Sequence record: MZ234018.1
DNA: 64,000 nucleotides
Strand: one strand, 5' to 3'
Source: Escherichia phage vB_EcoM-101117BS1
Shown here: positions 18,526-28,520 of the stretch, one piece after another
How the letters are laid out: every line of letters starts with the position of its first letter
Position numbering within the stretch: the first letter of the stretch is position 1
The notes under the pieces: model-generated
What the model was told of the DNA's origin: nothing
Databases searched by the model: none
The model's input: the letters and a program-made list of their open reading frames with translations, nothing else
Made by a program: the position numbers and the translations under genes

Positions 18526-20204
18526 AGAATTTTAAACTAAACCGAGTTAGGTATCAAAATATAATGTCAGTAGGTGGAAATCCTATTGACATTCAATTAG
18601 ATAAGGTTCAAAAAACTCTTATTACTGGACGAAATGGCGGTGGTAAGTCTACTATGTTAGAAGCCATCACATTTGGGCTTTTTGGCAAGCCATTTCGTGA
18701 TGTAAAGAAAGGTCAATTAATAAACAGCACAAATAAGAAAGAACTTTTAGTTGAACTGTGGATGGAATATGATGAGAAAAAGTATTATATCAAAAGAGGA
18801 CAAAAACCAAACGTTTTCGAAATCACCGTTAACGGTACACGTCTTAATGAATCTGCCAGCAGTAAAGATTTCCAAGCAGAATTTGAACAGCTTATCGGAA
18901 TGTCATATGCCAGTTTCAAGCAGATTGTTGTCCTTGGTACAGCAGGGTATACCCCTTTCATGGGTTTGTCGACCCCTGCACGAAGAAAGCTTGTGGAAGA
19001 CCTGCTTGAGGTAGGAACATTAGCTGAAATGGATAAGCTTAATAAAGCGCTAATACGTGAATTAAATTCACAAAACCAAGTGCTTGATGTTAAAAAAGAT
19101 AGTATTATCCAACAAATTAAAATATATAATGATAACGTTGAACGCCAGAAAAAATTAACGGGTGACAACCTTACTCGTCTACAAAATATGTATGATGATT
19201 TGGCAAAAGAAGCTAGAACGCTAAAATCGGAAATAGAAGAAGCTAATGAAAGATTAGTTAATATTGTTTTGGATGAAGACCCGACTGATGCATTTAATAA
19301 AATCGGTCAAGAAGCAGTTTTAATTAAATCAAAAATTGACTCGTATAATAAAGTCATTAATATGTATCACGAAGGTGGATTATGTCCAACCTGCTTGTCA
19401 CAATTAAGTTCCGGTGATAAAGTTGTTTCTAAAATTAAAGATAAAGTTTCTGAATGTACGCATTCGTTTGAGCAGCTTTCAACGCATCGTGATAATTTAA
19501 AAGTTCTTGTTGATGAATACCGAGATAATATTAAAACCCAACAGTCGTTGGCAAATGATATTCGCAATAAAAAGCAATCTCTAATCACGACGGTAGATAA
19601 AGCTAAAAAAGTTAAAGCGGCTATAGAAAAAGCATCTTCTGAGTTTATTGACCATGCTGATGAAATAGCATTGCTTCAAGAAGAACTTGATAAAATTGTT
19701 AAGACAAAAACTAATTTAGTAATGGAAAAATACCACCGAGGAATTTTGACTGATATGCTCAAAGATTCTGGTATTAAAGGTGCTATTATTAAAAAGTACA
19801 TTCCATTATTTAATAAGCAGATTAACCATTATCTTAAAATAATGGAAGCGGATTATGTGTTTACATTAGATGAAGAATTTAATGAGACAATTAAATCCCG
19901 TGGTCGTGAAGATTTTAGTTATGCTTCATTCAGTCAAGGTGAAAAAGCACGAATTGATATTGCTCTTTTATTTACTTGGCGTGATATTGCTGAAAAAGTT
20001 TCAGGTGTTAAAATAAACACGTTAATTCTTGACGAAGTTTTTGATTCAGCGACCGATGTTGAAGGTGTAAAAGCTATTTCAACTATTTTAGATAGTTTAA
20101 AAAATACTAATGTTTTTGTTATTTCGCATAGAGACCATGACCCACAAGCATATGGTCAGCACCTTCAAATGAAGAAAGTTGGTCGATTTACTGTAATGGT
20201 TTAA
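18522..20204 (+). CDS. 46: recombination ATPase subunit gp46 (Rad50-like)
   Basis: 560 aa; P-loop GRNGGGKST, CPTC zinc hook, C-terminal signature and D-loop; GTG start. Confidence 0.9.
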   Translation: MKNFKLNRVRYQNIMSVGGNPIDIQLDKVQKTLITGRNGGGKSTMLEAITFGLFGKPFRDVKKGQLINSTNKKELLVELWMEYDEKKYYIKRGQKPNVFEITVNGTRLNESASSKDFQAEFEQLIGMSYASFKQIVVLGTAGYTPFMGLSTPARRKLVEDLLEVGTLAEMDKLNKALIRELNSQNQVLDVKKDSIIQQIKIYNDNVERQKKLTGDNLTRLQNMYDDLAKEARTLKSEIEEANERLVNIVLDEDPTDAFNKIGQEAVLIKSKIDSYNKVINMYHEGGLCPTCLSQLSSGDKVVSKIKDKVSECTHSFEQLSTHRDNLKVLVDEYRDNIKTQQSLANDIRNKKQSLITTVDKAKKVKAAIEKASSEFIDHADEIALLQEELDKIVKTKTNLVMEKYHRGILTDMLKDSGIKGAIIKKYIPLFNKQINHYLKIMEADYVFTLDEEFNETIKSRGREDFSYASFSQGEKARIDIALLFTWRDIAEKVSGVKINTLILDEVFDSATDVEGVKAISTILDSLKNTNVFVISHRDHDPQAYGQHLQMKKVGRFTVMV

Positions 20205-20259
20205 TTTATAAGAGATTATGCTTTAATTTATTAGAGTATAATCTCTGTGGAGGAAAAAC

Positions 20260-20448
20260 ATGGAATATTCAACTGGACAACATCTATTAACTATTCCTGA
20301 AATAAAACGATATATTCTGAGAAATAATTTTTCTAATGAAGAGCATATAGTTACTGAATCTATGCTTAGGAATGCATTTAAAGCAGAATATACAAAAATA
20401 ATGTCCAATAGAAATGAAGCTTGGACTGTTACTGATTATTATGACTAA
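20260..20448 (+). CDS. hypothetical protein (at the position of T4 45.2)
   Basis: 62-aa ORF. Confidence 0.45.
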   Translation: MEYSTGQHLLTIPEIKRYILRNNFSNEEHIVTESMLRNAFKAEYTKIMSNRNEAWTVTDYYD

Positions 20449-20457
20449 AGGTGTATT

Positions 20458-20847
20458 ATGACTAAAATTACTGTGAATTATACTGTTGATGTAAAAGATA
20501 TTCAGCCAAAACACGTGCGTTCTGAATCAAATCCACAAAACCAAAATAAAATTCGTCGAGCATGGGTTTTGTCTCTTTCTGATAACGCAATGGAAGTTAT
20601 TCAGAACAAAATTAAATCTGCACCTGCTCGTCATGCGTATTATGAAGCTATCGATCGTGAAGTAAGTAATAAATGGATTGAACTAATGCGCAAACATACT
20701 ACAGAATCCCTAAACGCCGGTGCTAAATTTATTATGACTTCATGTGGTGAACGTCTTGAAGATGATTATTGCGGTAATGCAGATGAACGTCTAATTGTTG
20801 CTGCTCAAATTGTTGCGGAAACAATTGCGGCTGATTTTAATCGTTAA
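20458..20847 (+). CDS. rpbA: RNA polymerase-binding protein RpbA
   Basis: 129 aa, located between 46 and 45 as in T4. Confidence 0.65.
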
Positions 20848-20902
20848 TTGCTTTATTAAATTAGTTATAAAATTAAATCTCATTTGAATTGAAGGAAATT
20901 AC

Positions 20903-21589
20903 ATGAAACTGTCTAAAGATACTACTGCTCTGCTCAAAAATTTCGCTACTATTAACTCTGGTATTATGCTTAAATCCGGTCAATTTATTATGACTCGCGC
21001 AGTTAATGGTACAACTTACGCGGAAGCAAATATTTCTGACACTATTGATTTTGATGTAGCAATTTACGATTTGAACGGTTTTCTCGGTATTCTGTCTCTA
21101 GTTAATGATGATGCAGAAATTTCCCAGTCAGAAGATGGAAATATTAAAATTGCTGATGCCCGTTCAACAATTTTTTGGCCAGCAGCCGATCCGAGTACAG
21201 TAGTTGCTCCTAATAAACCAATTCCATTCCCGGTAGCATCTGTTGTTACTGAAATTAAAGCTGAAGACCTTCAACAGCTGTTGCGTGTATCTCGTGGTCT
21301 GCAGATTGATACAATTGCTATCACGGTAAAAGAAGGTAAAATCGTAATTAACGGTTTTAATAAAGTAGAAGATTCTGCTTTGACCCGTGTTAAATATTCT
21401 TTGACTCTTGGTGATTATGATGGTGAAAACACATTTAATTTCATTATCAATATGGCAAATATGAAAATGCAACCAGGAAATTATAAACTTCTGCTCTGGG
21501 CAAAAGGTAAACAAGGCGCTGCTAAATTTGAAGGTGAACATGCGAATTATGTAGTAGCTCTTGAAGCTGATTCTACCCACGATTTTTAA
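20903..21589 (+). CDS. 45: sliding clamp gp45
   Basis: 228 aa; matches T4 gp45. Confidence 0.9.
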   Translation: MKLSKDTTALLKNFATINSGIMLKSGQFIMTRAVNGTTYAEANISDTIDFDVAIYDLNGFLGILSLVNDDAEISQSEDGNIKIADARSTIFWPAADPSTVVAPNKPIPFPVASVVTEIKAEDLQQLLRVSRGLQIDTIAITVKEGKIVINGFNKVEDSALTRVKYSLTLGDYDGENTFNFIINMANMKMQPGNYKLLLWAKGKQGAAKFEGEHANYVVALEADSTHDF

Positions 21590-21591
21590 TA

Positions 21592-21607
21592 GAGGGCTTC
21601 GGCCCTT
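21592..21607 (+). terminator. UUCG-loop hairpin after gene 45
   Basis: agagggcttcggcccttt. Confidence 0.45.
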
Positions 21608-21640
21608 TATAATTTACACTAAAACTTGAATGAGGAAATT

Positions 21641-22600
21641 ATGATTACCGTAAATGAAAAAGAACACATTCTTGAACAGAAATATCGTCCATCTACTATC
21701 GATGAATGTATTCTTCCCGCCTTTGATAAAGAAACCTTTAAATCTATTACAAGTAAAGGTAAGATTCCACATATTATTCTTCATTCTCCTTCTCCAGGAA
21801 CAGGTAAAACAACTGTAGCAAAAGCATTGTGTCATGATGTAAATGCTGATATGATGTTTGTGAATGGGTCAGATTGTAAAATTGATTTCGTTCGTGGTCC
21901 TTTGACTAATTTTGCCAGCGCCGCTTCATTTGATGGTCGTCAAAAAGTAATCGTTATTGATGAATTTGACCGTTCAGGTTTAGCAGAATCTCAGCGACAT
22001 CTTCGTTCCTTTATGGAAGCTTACAGCTCAAACTGTAGTATTATTATTACTGCTAACAATATTGATGGTATTATTAAACCGCTTCAGTCACGCTGCCGAG
22101 TTATCACATTCGGTCAACCGACCGATGAAGATAAAATTGAAATGATGAAGCAGATGATTCGTCGGTTGACCGAAATCTGTAAACATGAAGGTATTGCTAT
22201 AGCTGATATGAAAGTTGTAGCAGCTTTGGTTAAAAAGAATTTTCCTGATTTTCGTAAAACTATTGGCGAGCTCGATAGTTATTCATCTAAAGGTGTTTTG
22301 GATGCTGGTATTTTATCACTGGTTACTAACGATCGTGGTGCTATTGATGATGTTCTTGAGTCTCTCAAAAATAAAGATGTTAAACAACTCAGAGCTTTAG
22401 CACCAAAATATGCAGCCGATTATTCGTGGTTCGTAGGTAAACTTGCCGAAGAAATCTATTCACGTGTAACTCCACAGAGTATTATTCGTATGTACGAAAT
22501 TGTCGGCGAAAATAATCAGTATCATGGTATTGCAGCTAATACTGAATTGCATTTAGCTTATCTTTTCATTCAATTAGCATGCGAAATGCAGTGGAAGTGA
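21641..22600 (+). CDS. 44: clamp loader large subunit gp44
   Basis: 319 aa from ATG 21641; Walker [11 protein letters not shown]. Confidence 0.9.
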
Positions 22601-22601
22601 T

Positions 22602-23165
22602 ATGAGCTTATTTGAAGATGATATTCAATTAAACGAGCATCAAGTTGCTTGGTATTCAAAAGATTGGACAGCTGTCCAATCCGCTGCTGATTCTTTTAAA
22701 GAAAAAGCTGAAAATGAATTTTTTGAAATAATTGGAGCTATTAATAATAAAACTAAATGCTCTATTGTTCAAAAAGATTATTCAAAATTCATGGTTGAAA
22801 ATGCATTGTCACAATTTCCAGAGTGCATGCCAGCTGTATATGCTATGAATTTAATTGGATCAGGCTTAAGTGATGAAGCCCATTTTAATTATCTAATGGC
22901 TGCAGTTCCTCGTGGTAAAAGATATGGTAAATGGGCAAAACTAGTTGAAGATTCCACCGAAGTATTGATTATTAAGTTACTTGCTAAGCGGTATCAAGTT
23001 AATACAAATGATGCAATTAACTATAAATCAATTCTTATTAAAAATGGAAAACTTCCTTTAGTATTAAAAGAACTAAAAGGTTTAGTCACGGATGATTTTT
23101 TGAAAGAAGTGACTAAGAACGTAAAAGAACAGAAACAACTCAAAAAACTAGCATTGGAATGGTAA
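22602..23165 (+). CDS. 62: clamp loader small subunit gp62
   Basis: 187 aa; position and size match T4 gp62. Confidence 0.8.
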   Translation: MSLFEDDIQLNEHQVAWYSKDWTAVQSAADSFKEKAENEFFEIIGAINNKTKCSIVQKDYSKFMVENALSQFPECMPAVYAMNLIGSGLSDEAHFNYLMAAVPRGKRYGKWAKLVEDSTEVLIIKLLAKRYQVNTNDAINYKSILIKNGKLPLVLKELKGLVTDDFLKEVTKNVKEQKQLKKLALEW

Positions 23166-23166
23166 A

Positions 23167-23535
23167 ATGATTGAAATTACTCTTAAAAAACCTGAAGATT
23201 TTCTGAAAGTAAAAGAAACTTTGACTCGTATGGGAATTGCTAATAATAAAGATAAAGTTCTGTATCAGTCCTGTCATATTCTTCAGAAAAAAGGACTATA
23301 CTATATCGTTCATTTTAAAGAAATGCTTCGTATGGATGGCCGTCAAGTTGAAATGACAGAAGAAGATGAAGTTCGTCGTGATTCGATTGCATGGCTATTA
23401 GAAGATTGGGGACTGATTGAAATCGTTCCTGGTCAAAGAACTTTTATGAAAGATTTAACTAATAACTTCCGAGTTATTTCTTTTAAACAAAAACATGAAT
23501 GGAAACTCGTTCCTAAATATACGATTGGTAATTAA
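23167..23535 (+). CDS. regA: translational repressor RegA
   Basis: 122 aa; position and size match T4 RegA. Confidence 0.8.
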   Translation: MIEITLKKPEDFLKVKETLTRMGIANNKDKVLYQSCHILQKKGLYYIVHFKEMLRMDGRQVEMTEEDEVRRDSIAWLLEDWGLIEIVPGQRTFMKDLTNNFRVISFKQKHEWKLVPKYTIGN

Positions 23536-23545
23536 GGTAAATTAT

Positions 23546-23782
23546 ATGACACAATCAGAGATTCAGTTTACCGAAGCTTTTCTAATATTCGAAAATCTAA
23601 AACAAACATATGGTCTGTCTTCTACCCAACTGGTTTTTGACCTCCCGGAAGATAAACAAATAGAATTCCAAAAAGAATTCCAACGATTAGTTTACCCACG
23701 CCAACGCGCATTTCATGCGATTATCAAAACCACAAATACAGATGGCAAGTCCGTTATATCGCGTCGTACAATAGAAATTTAA
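23546..23782 (+). CDS. hypothetical protein
   Basis: 78 aa from ATG 23546. Confidence 0.45.
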   Translation: MTQSEIQFTEAFLIFENLKQTYGLSSTQLVFDLPEDKQIEFQKEFQRLVYPRQRAFHAIIKTTNTDGKSVISRRTIEI

Positions 23783-23786
23783 AGCA

Positions 23787-23804
23787 AAGGGGCTTCGGCC
23801 CCTT
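23787..23804 (+). terminator. UUCG-loop hairpin
   Basis: aaggggcttcggcccctt. Confidence 0.45.
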
Positions 23805-23862
23805 ATTTGGAGTATAATATATCAAGAGCCTAATAACTCGGGCTATAAACTAAGGAATATCT

Positions 23863-26559
23863 ATGAAAGAATTTTATATCTCTATTGAAACAGTCGGAAA
23901 TAATATTGTTGAACGTTATATTGATGAAAATGGAAAGGAACGTACTCGTGAAGTAGAATATCTTCCAACTATGTTTAGGCATTGTAAGGAAGAGTCAAAG
24001 TACAAAGACATCTATGGTAAAAACTGCGCTCCTCAAAAATTTCCATCAATGAAAGATGCTCGAGATTGGATGAAACGAATGGAAGACATCGGTCTCGAAG
24101 CTCTCGGTATGAACGATTTTAAACTCGCTTATATCAGTGATACATACGGTTCAGAAATTGTTTATGACCGAAAATTTGTTCGTGTAGCTAACTGTGACAT
24201 TGAGGTTACTGGTGATAAATTTCCTGACCCAATGAAAGCTGAATATGAAATTGATGCTATCACTCATTACGATTCAATTGATGATCGTTTTTATGTTTTC
24301 GACCTTTTGAATTCAATGTATGGTTCAGTATCAAAATGGGATGCAAAGTTAGCTGCTAAGCTTGACTGTGAAGGTGGTGATGAAGTTCCTCAAGAAATTC
24401 TTGACCGAGTAATTTATATGCCATTCGATAATGAGCGTGATATGCTCATGGAATATATCAATCTCTGGGAACAGAAACGACCTGCTATTTTTACTGGTTG
24501 GAATATTGAGGGATTTGACGTTCCGTATATCATGAATCGCGTTAAAATGGTTCTCGGTGAACGTAGTATGAAACGCTTCTCTCCAATCGGTCGAGTAAAA
24601 TCTAAACTAATTCAAAATATGTACGGCAGCAAAGAAATTTATTCTATTGATGGTGTATCTATTCTTGATTATTTAGATTTGTACAAGAAATTTGCTTTTA
24701 CTAATTTGCCGTCATTCTCTTTGGAATCAGTTGCTCAACATGAAACCAAAAAAGGTAAATTACCATACGACGGTCCTATTAATAAACTTCGTGAGACTAA
24801 TCATCAACGATACATTAGTTATAACATCATTGACGTAGAATCAGTTCAAGCAATTGATAAAATTCGCGGGTTTATCGATCTAGTTTTAAGTATGTCTTAT
24901 TACGCTAAAATGCCTTTTTCTGGTGTAATGAGTCCTATTAAAACTTGGGATGCTATTATTTTTAACTCATTGAAAGGTGAACACAAGGTTATTCCTCAAC
25001 AAGGTTCGCACGTTAAACAAAGTTTTCCGGGTGCATTTGTATTTGAACCTAAACCAATTGCTCGTCGATATATTATGAGTTTTGACTTGACGTCTCTGTA
25101 TCCGAGCATTATTCGTCAGGTTAACATTAGTCCTGAGACTATTCGTGGTCAGTTTAAAGTTCATCCAATTCATGAATATATCGCAGGAACAGCTCCTAAA
25201 CCGAGTGATGAATATTCTTGTTCTCCGAATGGATGGATGTATGATAAGCATCAAGAAGGTATCATTCCAAAGGAAATCGCTAAAGTATTTTTCCAGCGTA
25301 AAGATTGGAAAAAGAAAATGTTCGCTGAAGAAATGAATGCCGAAGCTATTAAAAAGATTATTATGAAAGGCGTAGGGTCTTGTTCAACTAAACCTGAAGT
25401 TGAACGATATGTTAAGTTCAGTGATGATTTCTTAAATGAACTATCGAATTATACTGAATCTGTTCTCAATAGTTTGATTGAAGAATGTGAAAAAGCGGCT
25501 ACACTTGCTAATACAAATCAGCTGAACCGTAAAATTCTTATTAACAGCCTTTACGGTGCTCTTGGTAATATTCATTTCCGTTACTATGATTTGCGAAATG
25601 CTACTGCTATCACAATTTTCGGCCAAGTTGGTATTCAGTGGATTGCTCGTAAAATTAATGAATATCTGAATAAAGTATGCGGAACTAATGGCGAAGATTT
25701 CATTGCAGCAGGTGATACTGATTCGGTATATGTTTGTGTAGATAAAGTTATTGAAAAAGTTGGTCTTGACCGATTCAAAGAGCAGAACGATTTAGTTGAA
25801 TTCATGAATCAGTTCGGTAAGAAAAAGATGGAACCTATGATTGATGTTGCATATCGTGAGTTATGTGATTATATGAATAACCGCGAGCATCTGATGCATA
25901 TGGACCGTGAAGCTATTTCTTGCCCTCCACTTGGTTCAAAGGGCGTTGGTGGATTTTGGAAAGCGAAAAAGCGTTATGCTCTGAACGTATATGATATGGA
26001 AGATAAGCGATTTGCTGAACCGCATCTAAAAATCATGGGTATGGAAACTCAGCAGAGTTCAACGCCTAAAGCGGTCCAAGAAGCTCTCGAAGAAAGTATT
26101 CGTCGTATTCTTCAGGAAGGTGAAGAGTCTGTCCAAGAATATTACAAGAACTTCGAGAAAGAATATCGTCAACTTGACTATAAAGTTATTGCTGAAGTAA
26201 AAACTGCGAACGATATAGCGAAATATGATGATAAAGGTTGGCCAGGATTTAAATGTCCGTTCCATATTCGTGGTGTGCTAACTTATCGTCGAGCTGTTAG
26301 CGGTTTAGGTGTAGCTCCAATTTTGGATGGAAATAAAGTAATGGTTCTTCCATTGCGTGAAGGAAATCCATTTGGTGACAAGTGCATTGCTTGGCCATCA
26401 GGTACAGAACTTCCAAAAGAAATTCGTTCTGACGTACTGTCTTGGATTGACTACTCAACTTTGTTCCAAAAATCGTTTGTTAAACCGCTTGCGGGCATGT
26501 GTGAATCGGCTGGTATGGACTATGAAGAAAAAGCTTCGTTAGACTTCCTGTTTGGCTGA
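23863..26559 (+). CDS. 43: DNA polymerase gp43 (family B)
   Basis: 898 aa; exo and pol motifs (DIE, YGDTDS); near-identical to T4 gp43 as recalled. Confidence 0.97.
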   Translation: MKEFYISIETVGNNIVERYIDENGKERTREVEYLPTMFRHCKEESKYKDIYGKNCAPQKFPSMKDARDWMKRMEDIGLEALGMNDFKLAYISDTYGSEIVYDRKFVRVANCDIEVTGDKFPDPMKAEYEIDAITHYDSIDDRFYVFDLLNSMYGSVSKWDAKLAAKLDCEGGDEVPQEILDRVIYMPFDNERDMLMEYINLWEQKRPAIFTGWNIEGFDVPYIMNRVKMVLGERSMKRFSPIGRVKSKLIQNMYGSKEIYSIDGVSILDYLDLYKKFAFTNLPSFSLESVAQHETKKGKLPYDGPINKLRETNHQRYISYNIIDVESVQAIDKIRGFIDLVLSMSYYAKMPFSGVMSPIKTWDAIIFNSLKGEHKVIPQQGSHVKQSFPGAFVFEPKPIARRYIMSFDLTSLYPSIIRQVNISPETIRGQFKVHPIHEYIAGTAPKPSDEYSCSPNGWMYDKHQEGIIPKEIAKVFFQRKDWKKKMFAEEMNAEAIKKIIMKGVGSCSTKPEVERYVKFSDDFLNELSNYTESVLNSLIEECEKAATLANTNQLNRKILINSLYGALGNIHFRYYDLRNATAITIFGQVGIQWIARKINEYLNKVCGTNGEDFIAAGDTDSVYVCVDKVIEKVGLDRFKEQNDLVEFMNQFGKKKMEPMIDVAYRELCDYMNNREHLMHMDREAISCPPLGSKGVGGFWKAKKRYALNVYDMEDKRFAEPHLKIMGMETQQSSTPKAVQEALEESIRRILQEGEESVQEYYKNFEKEYRQLDYKVIAEVKTANDIAKYDDKGWPGFKCPFHIRGVLTYRRAVSGLGVAPILDGNKVMVLPLREGNPFGDKCIAWPSGTELPKEIRSDVLSWIDYSTLFQKSFVKPLAGMCESAGMDYEEKASLDFLFG

Positions 26560-26572
26560 TAGAATAAATCTA

Positions 26573-26593
26573 GGGACCTCCGGGTCCCTTTTT
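26573..26593 (+). terminator. rho-independent terminator after gene 43
   Basis: gggacctccgggtccc hairpin followed by ttttt. Confidence 0.6.
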
Positions 26594-26675
26594 CATACAA
26601 GTAATATAAATCTATACTTATGAAAAACAGATGATTCTGGACATTTAGAATTCCCTAAAAATTTTTCACAAAACT

Positions 26676-26705
26676 GTTTACAAGACTGTTCTTCCATGGT
26701 ACTAT
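26676..26705 (+). promoter_or_regulatory. T4-type early promoter
   Basis: GTTTAC 26676-26681, 18-bp spacer, TGGTACTAT; shares a conserved leader with the promoters at 53899 and 57885. Confidence 0.55.
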
Positions 26706-26739
26706 ACAACTATCAACTAATACGGATTTGGAGAATAAA

Positions 26740-26976
26740 ATGAAAATTGTTTATGGTTGCTTAGCAGTGTGTTTAGTTGCATTAGCAACTGTTCCATTTA
26801 TTGATATTGAAAATGATACTCAGAATGTGATTGAATCTAATACTGTTATTCACATGAATGGTAAAGTATCAACAAAAATTGATGATAATCTTCATATGAA
26901 TACTAATGGAACGCTAGGTGTTCAATTAGGTAATACCTGTGTAAGCACTACTGGAGTAATTACTACTTGCATTTGA
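26740..26976 (+). CDS. small secreted protein (signal peptide)
   Basis: 78 aa from ATG 26740; N-terminal hydrophobic signal-like segment. Confidence 0.45.
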   Translation: MKIVYGCLAVCLVALATVPFIDIENDTQNVIESNTVIHMNGKVSTKIDDNLHMNTNGTLGVQLGNTCVSTTGVITTCI

Positions 26977-26986
26977 GGAAATTATT

Positions 26987-27367
26987 ATGAAAATCGCTAT
27001 TTTGGTTATTGCATTAGGTCTTACTGGTTGTGTAGCTCAAGGACCGGTAGTAAATCAGTCTGATGCAGGAAAAATTGTAAACTGTTCAAGCAAATTTTAT
27101 AATCCTAATGTCAAGTGTTATAAAGAAGCTCCAAAGCAAACAGTCGAACAAATGCAGGCGAATTTTGACGAAGCTATTCGTCCAGATGAATCTGCTCAAG
27201 CATATCGTAATTCGGATGTAATTACACGCGAAGAAAAAATTGAAAACTACTGCGCTGAAATTTGGGCTAATTGGGCTAATAATTACCAATGGCGTACTGG
27301 TAAAAATGCTCCGATGGAGTATGTAGTGAATTCTTATAATTCATGCGTAAAAAATTTGACTAAGTGA
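26987..27367 (+). CDS. putative lipoprotein
   Basis: 126 aa; lipobox-like LTGC after N-terminal signal segment. Confidence 0.5.
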   Translation: MKIAILVIALGLTGCVAQGPVVNQSDAGKIVNCSSKFYNPNVKCYKEAPKQTVEQMQANFDEAIRPDESAQAYRNSDVITREEKIENYCAEIWANWANNYQWRTGKNAPMEYVVNSYNSCVKNLTK

Positions 27368-27374
27368 GGAAAAG

Positions 27375-27626
27375 ATGGAAACTTTAGTAGCAGGTTCAAT
27401 TTTTATGGTTTTAGTTTCAGGTGTGTTGGCTATTATTATATACATGCTTCCATGGTTTATCGCCTTGATGCGTGGGTCAAAATCGACAGTAGGAATCTTT
27501 TTCACATCTTTACTGTTTAATTGGTCAATTATTGGTTGGTTTATTACATTTATTTGGTCAATTGCGGGTGAAACTAAAAAGTCTGCACAACCAAATCAGG
27601 TAATTATCATCAGAGAGAAGGAATGA
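27375..27626 (+). CDS. imm: immunity to superinfection membrane protein Imm
   Basis: 83 aa with two TM segments; matches T4 Imm. Confidence 0.8.
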   Translation: METLVAGSIFMVLVSGVLAIIIYMLPWFIALMRGSKSTVGIFFTSLLFNWSIIGWFITFIWSIAGETKKSAQPNQVIIIREKE

Positions 27627-27772
27627 AAAGCAAAATTATAACAGTGTTGCTTTTAATCTTGATGGTTATAATAAGTATATACTATAGCGTAACAGTTCCT
27701 GCTATGATTCCAACTATTATTTTAGGTTGGGGTTTATTACTGTTACAAGTTAAATATGAATGTATCAATTGA
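27623..27772 (+). CDS. small membrane protein
   Basis: 49-aa hydrophobic ORF overlapping imm stop. Confidence 0.35.
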   Translation: MKSKIITVLLLILMVIISIYYSVTVPAMIPTIILGWGLLLLQVKYECIN

Positions 27773-27779
27773 GGTTTAA

Positions 27780-28520
27780 ATGATTAGTGACTCTATGACA
27801 GTTGAAGAAATCCGTCTTCATTTGGGGCTTGCATTAAAAGAAAAAGATTTCGTAGTTGATAAAACTGGTGTTAAAACTATTGAAATTATTGGCGCATCAT
27901 TTGTAGCAGATGAACCGTTTATTTTTGGCGCTCTTAATGATGAATACATTCAGCGTGAACTTGAATGGTATAAATCTAAGAGCTTGTTTGTTAAAGATAT
28001 TCCAGGTGAAACACCGAAGATTTGGCAACAAGTAGCATCTTCTAAAGGTGAAATTAACTCGAATTATGGTTGGGCTATCTGGTCAGAAGATAACTATGCT
28101 CAATATGATATGTGTTTAGCTGAACTTGGTCAAAATCCTGATTCTCGACGTGGTATCATGATTTATACTCGTCCATCCATGCAATTTGACTACAATAAAG
28201 ATGGCATGTCAGATTTCATGTGTACGAATACCGTACAGTATCTGATTCGTGACAAGAAAATCAATGCGGTTGTTAACATGCGCTCAAATGACGTGGTCTT
28301 CGGATTCCGTAATGATTATGCATGGCAAAAATACGTATTAGATAAATTAGTATCTGATTTGAATGCAGGCGATTCAACTCGTCAGTATAAAGCAGGTTCT
28401 ATTATATGGAATGTTGGAAGTCTTCATGTATATTCTCGTCATTTTTACTTGGTTGATCATTGGTGGAATACTGGCGAAACTCATATTGTGAAAAAAGATT
28501 ATAACGGTGAGTGGAAATGA
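27780..28520 (+). CDS. 42: dCMP hydroxymethylase gp42
   Basis: 246 aa; thymidylate-synthase-like; matches T4 gp42. Confidence 0.9.
   Translation: MISDSMTVEEIRLHLGLALKEKDFVVDKTGVKTIEIIGASFVADEPFIFGALNDEYIQRELEWYKSKSLFVKDIPGETPKIWQQVASSKGEINSNYGWAIWSEDNYAQYDMCLAELGQNPDSRRGIMIYTRPSMQFDYNKDGMSDFMCTNTVQYLIRDKKINAVVNMRSNDVVFGFRNDYAWQKYVLDKLVSDLNAGDSTRQYKAGSIIWNVGSLHVYSRHFYLVDHWWNTGETHIVKKDYNGEWK

Noticed and set aside
18785-19168. 127-aa ORF on the - strand inside gene 46
   Set aside because: Antisense to the Rad50-like gene; no independent expression signals.
21164-21580. 138-aa ORF on the - strand inside gene 45
   Set aside because: Antisense to the sliding-clamp gene; shadow ORF.
21608-21613. 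TATAAT hexamer after the gene 45 hairpin as a promoter for gene 44
   Set aside because: No recognisable -35 element or MotA box at the expected spacing; an isolated hexamer is insufficient evidence.
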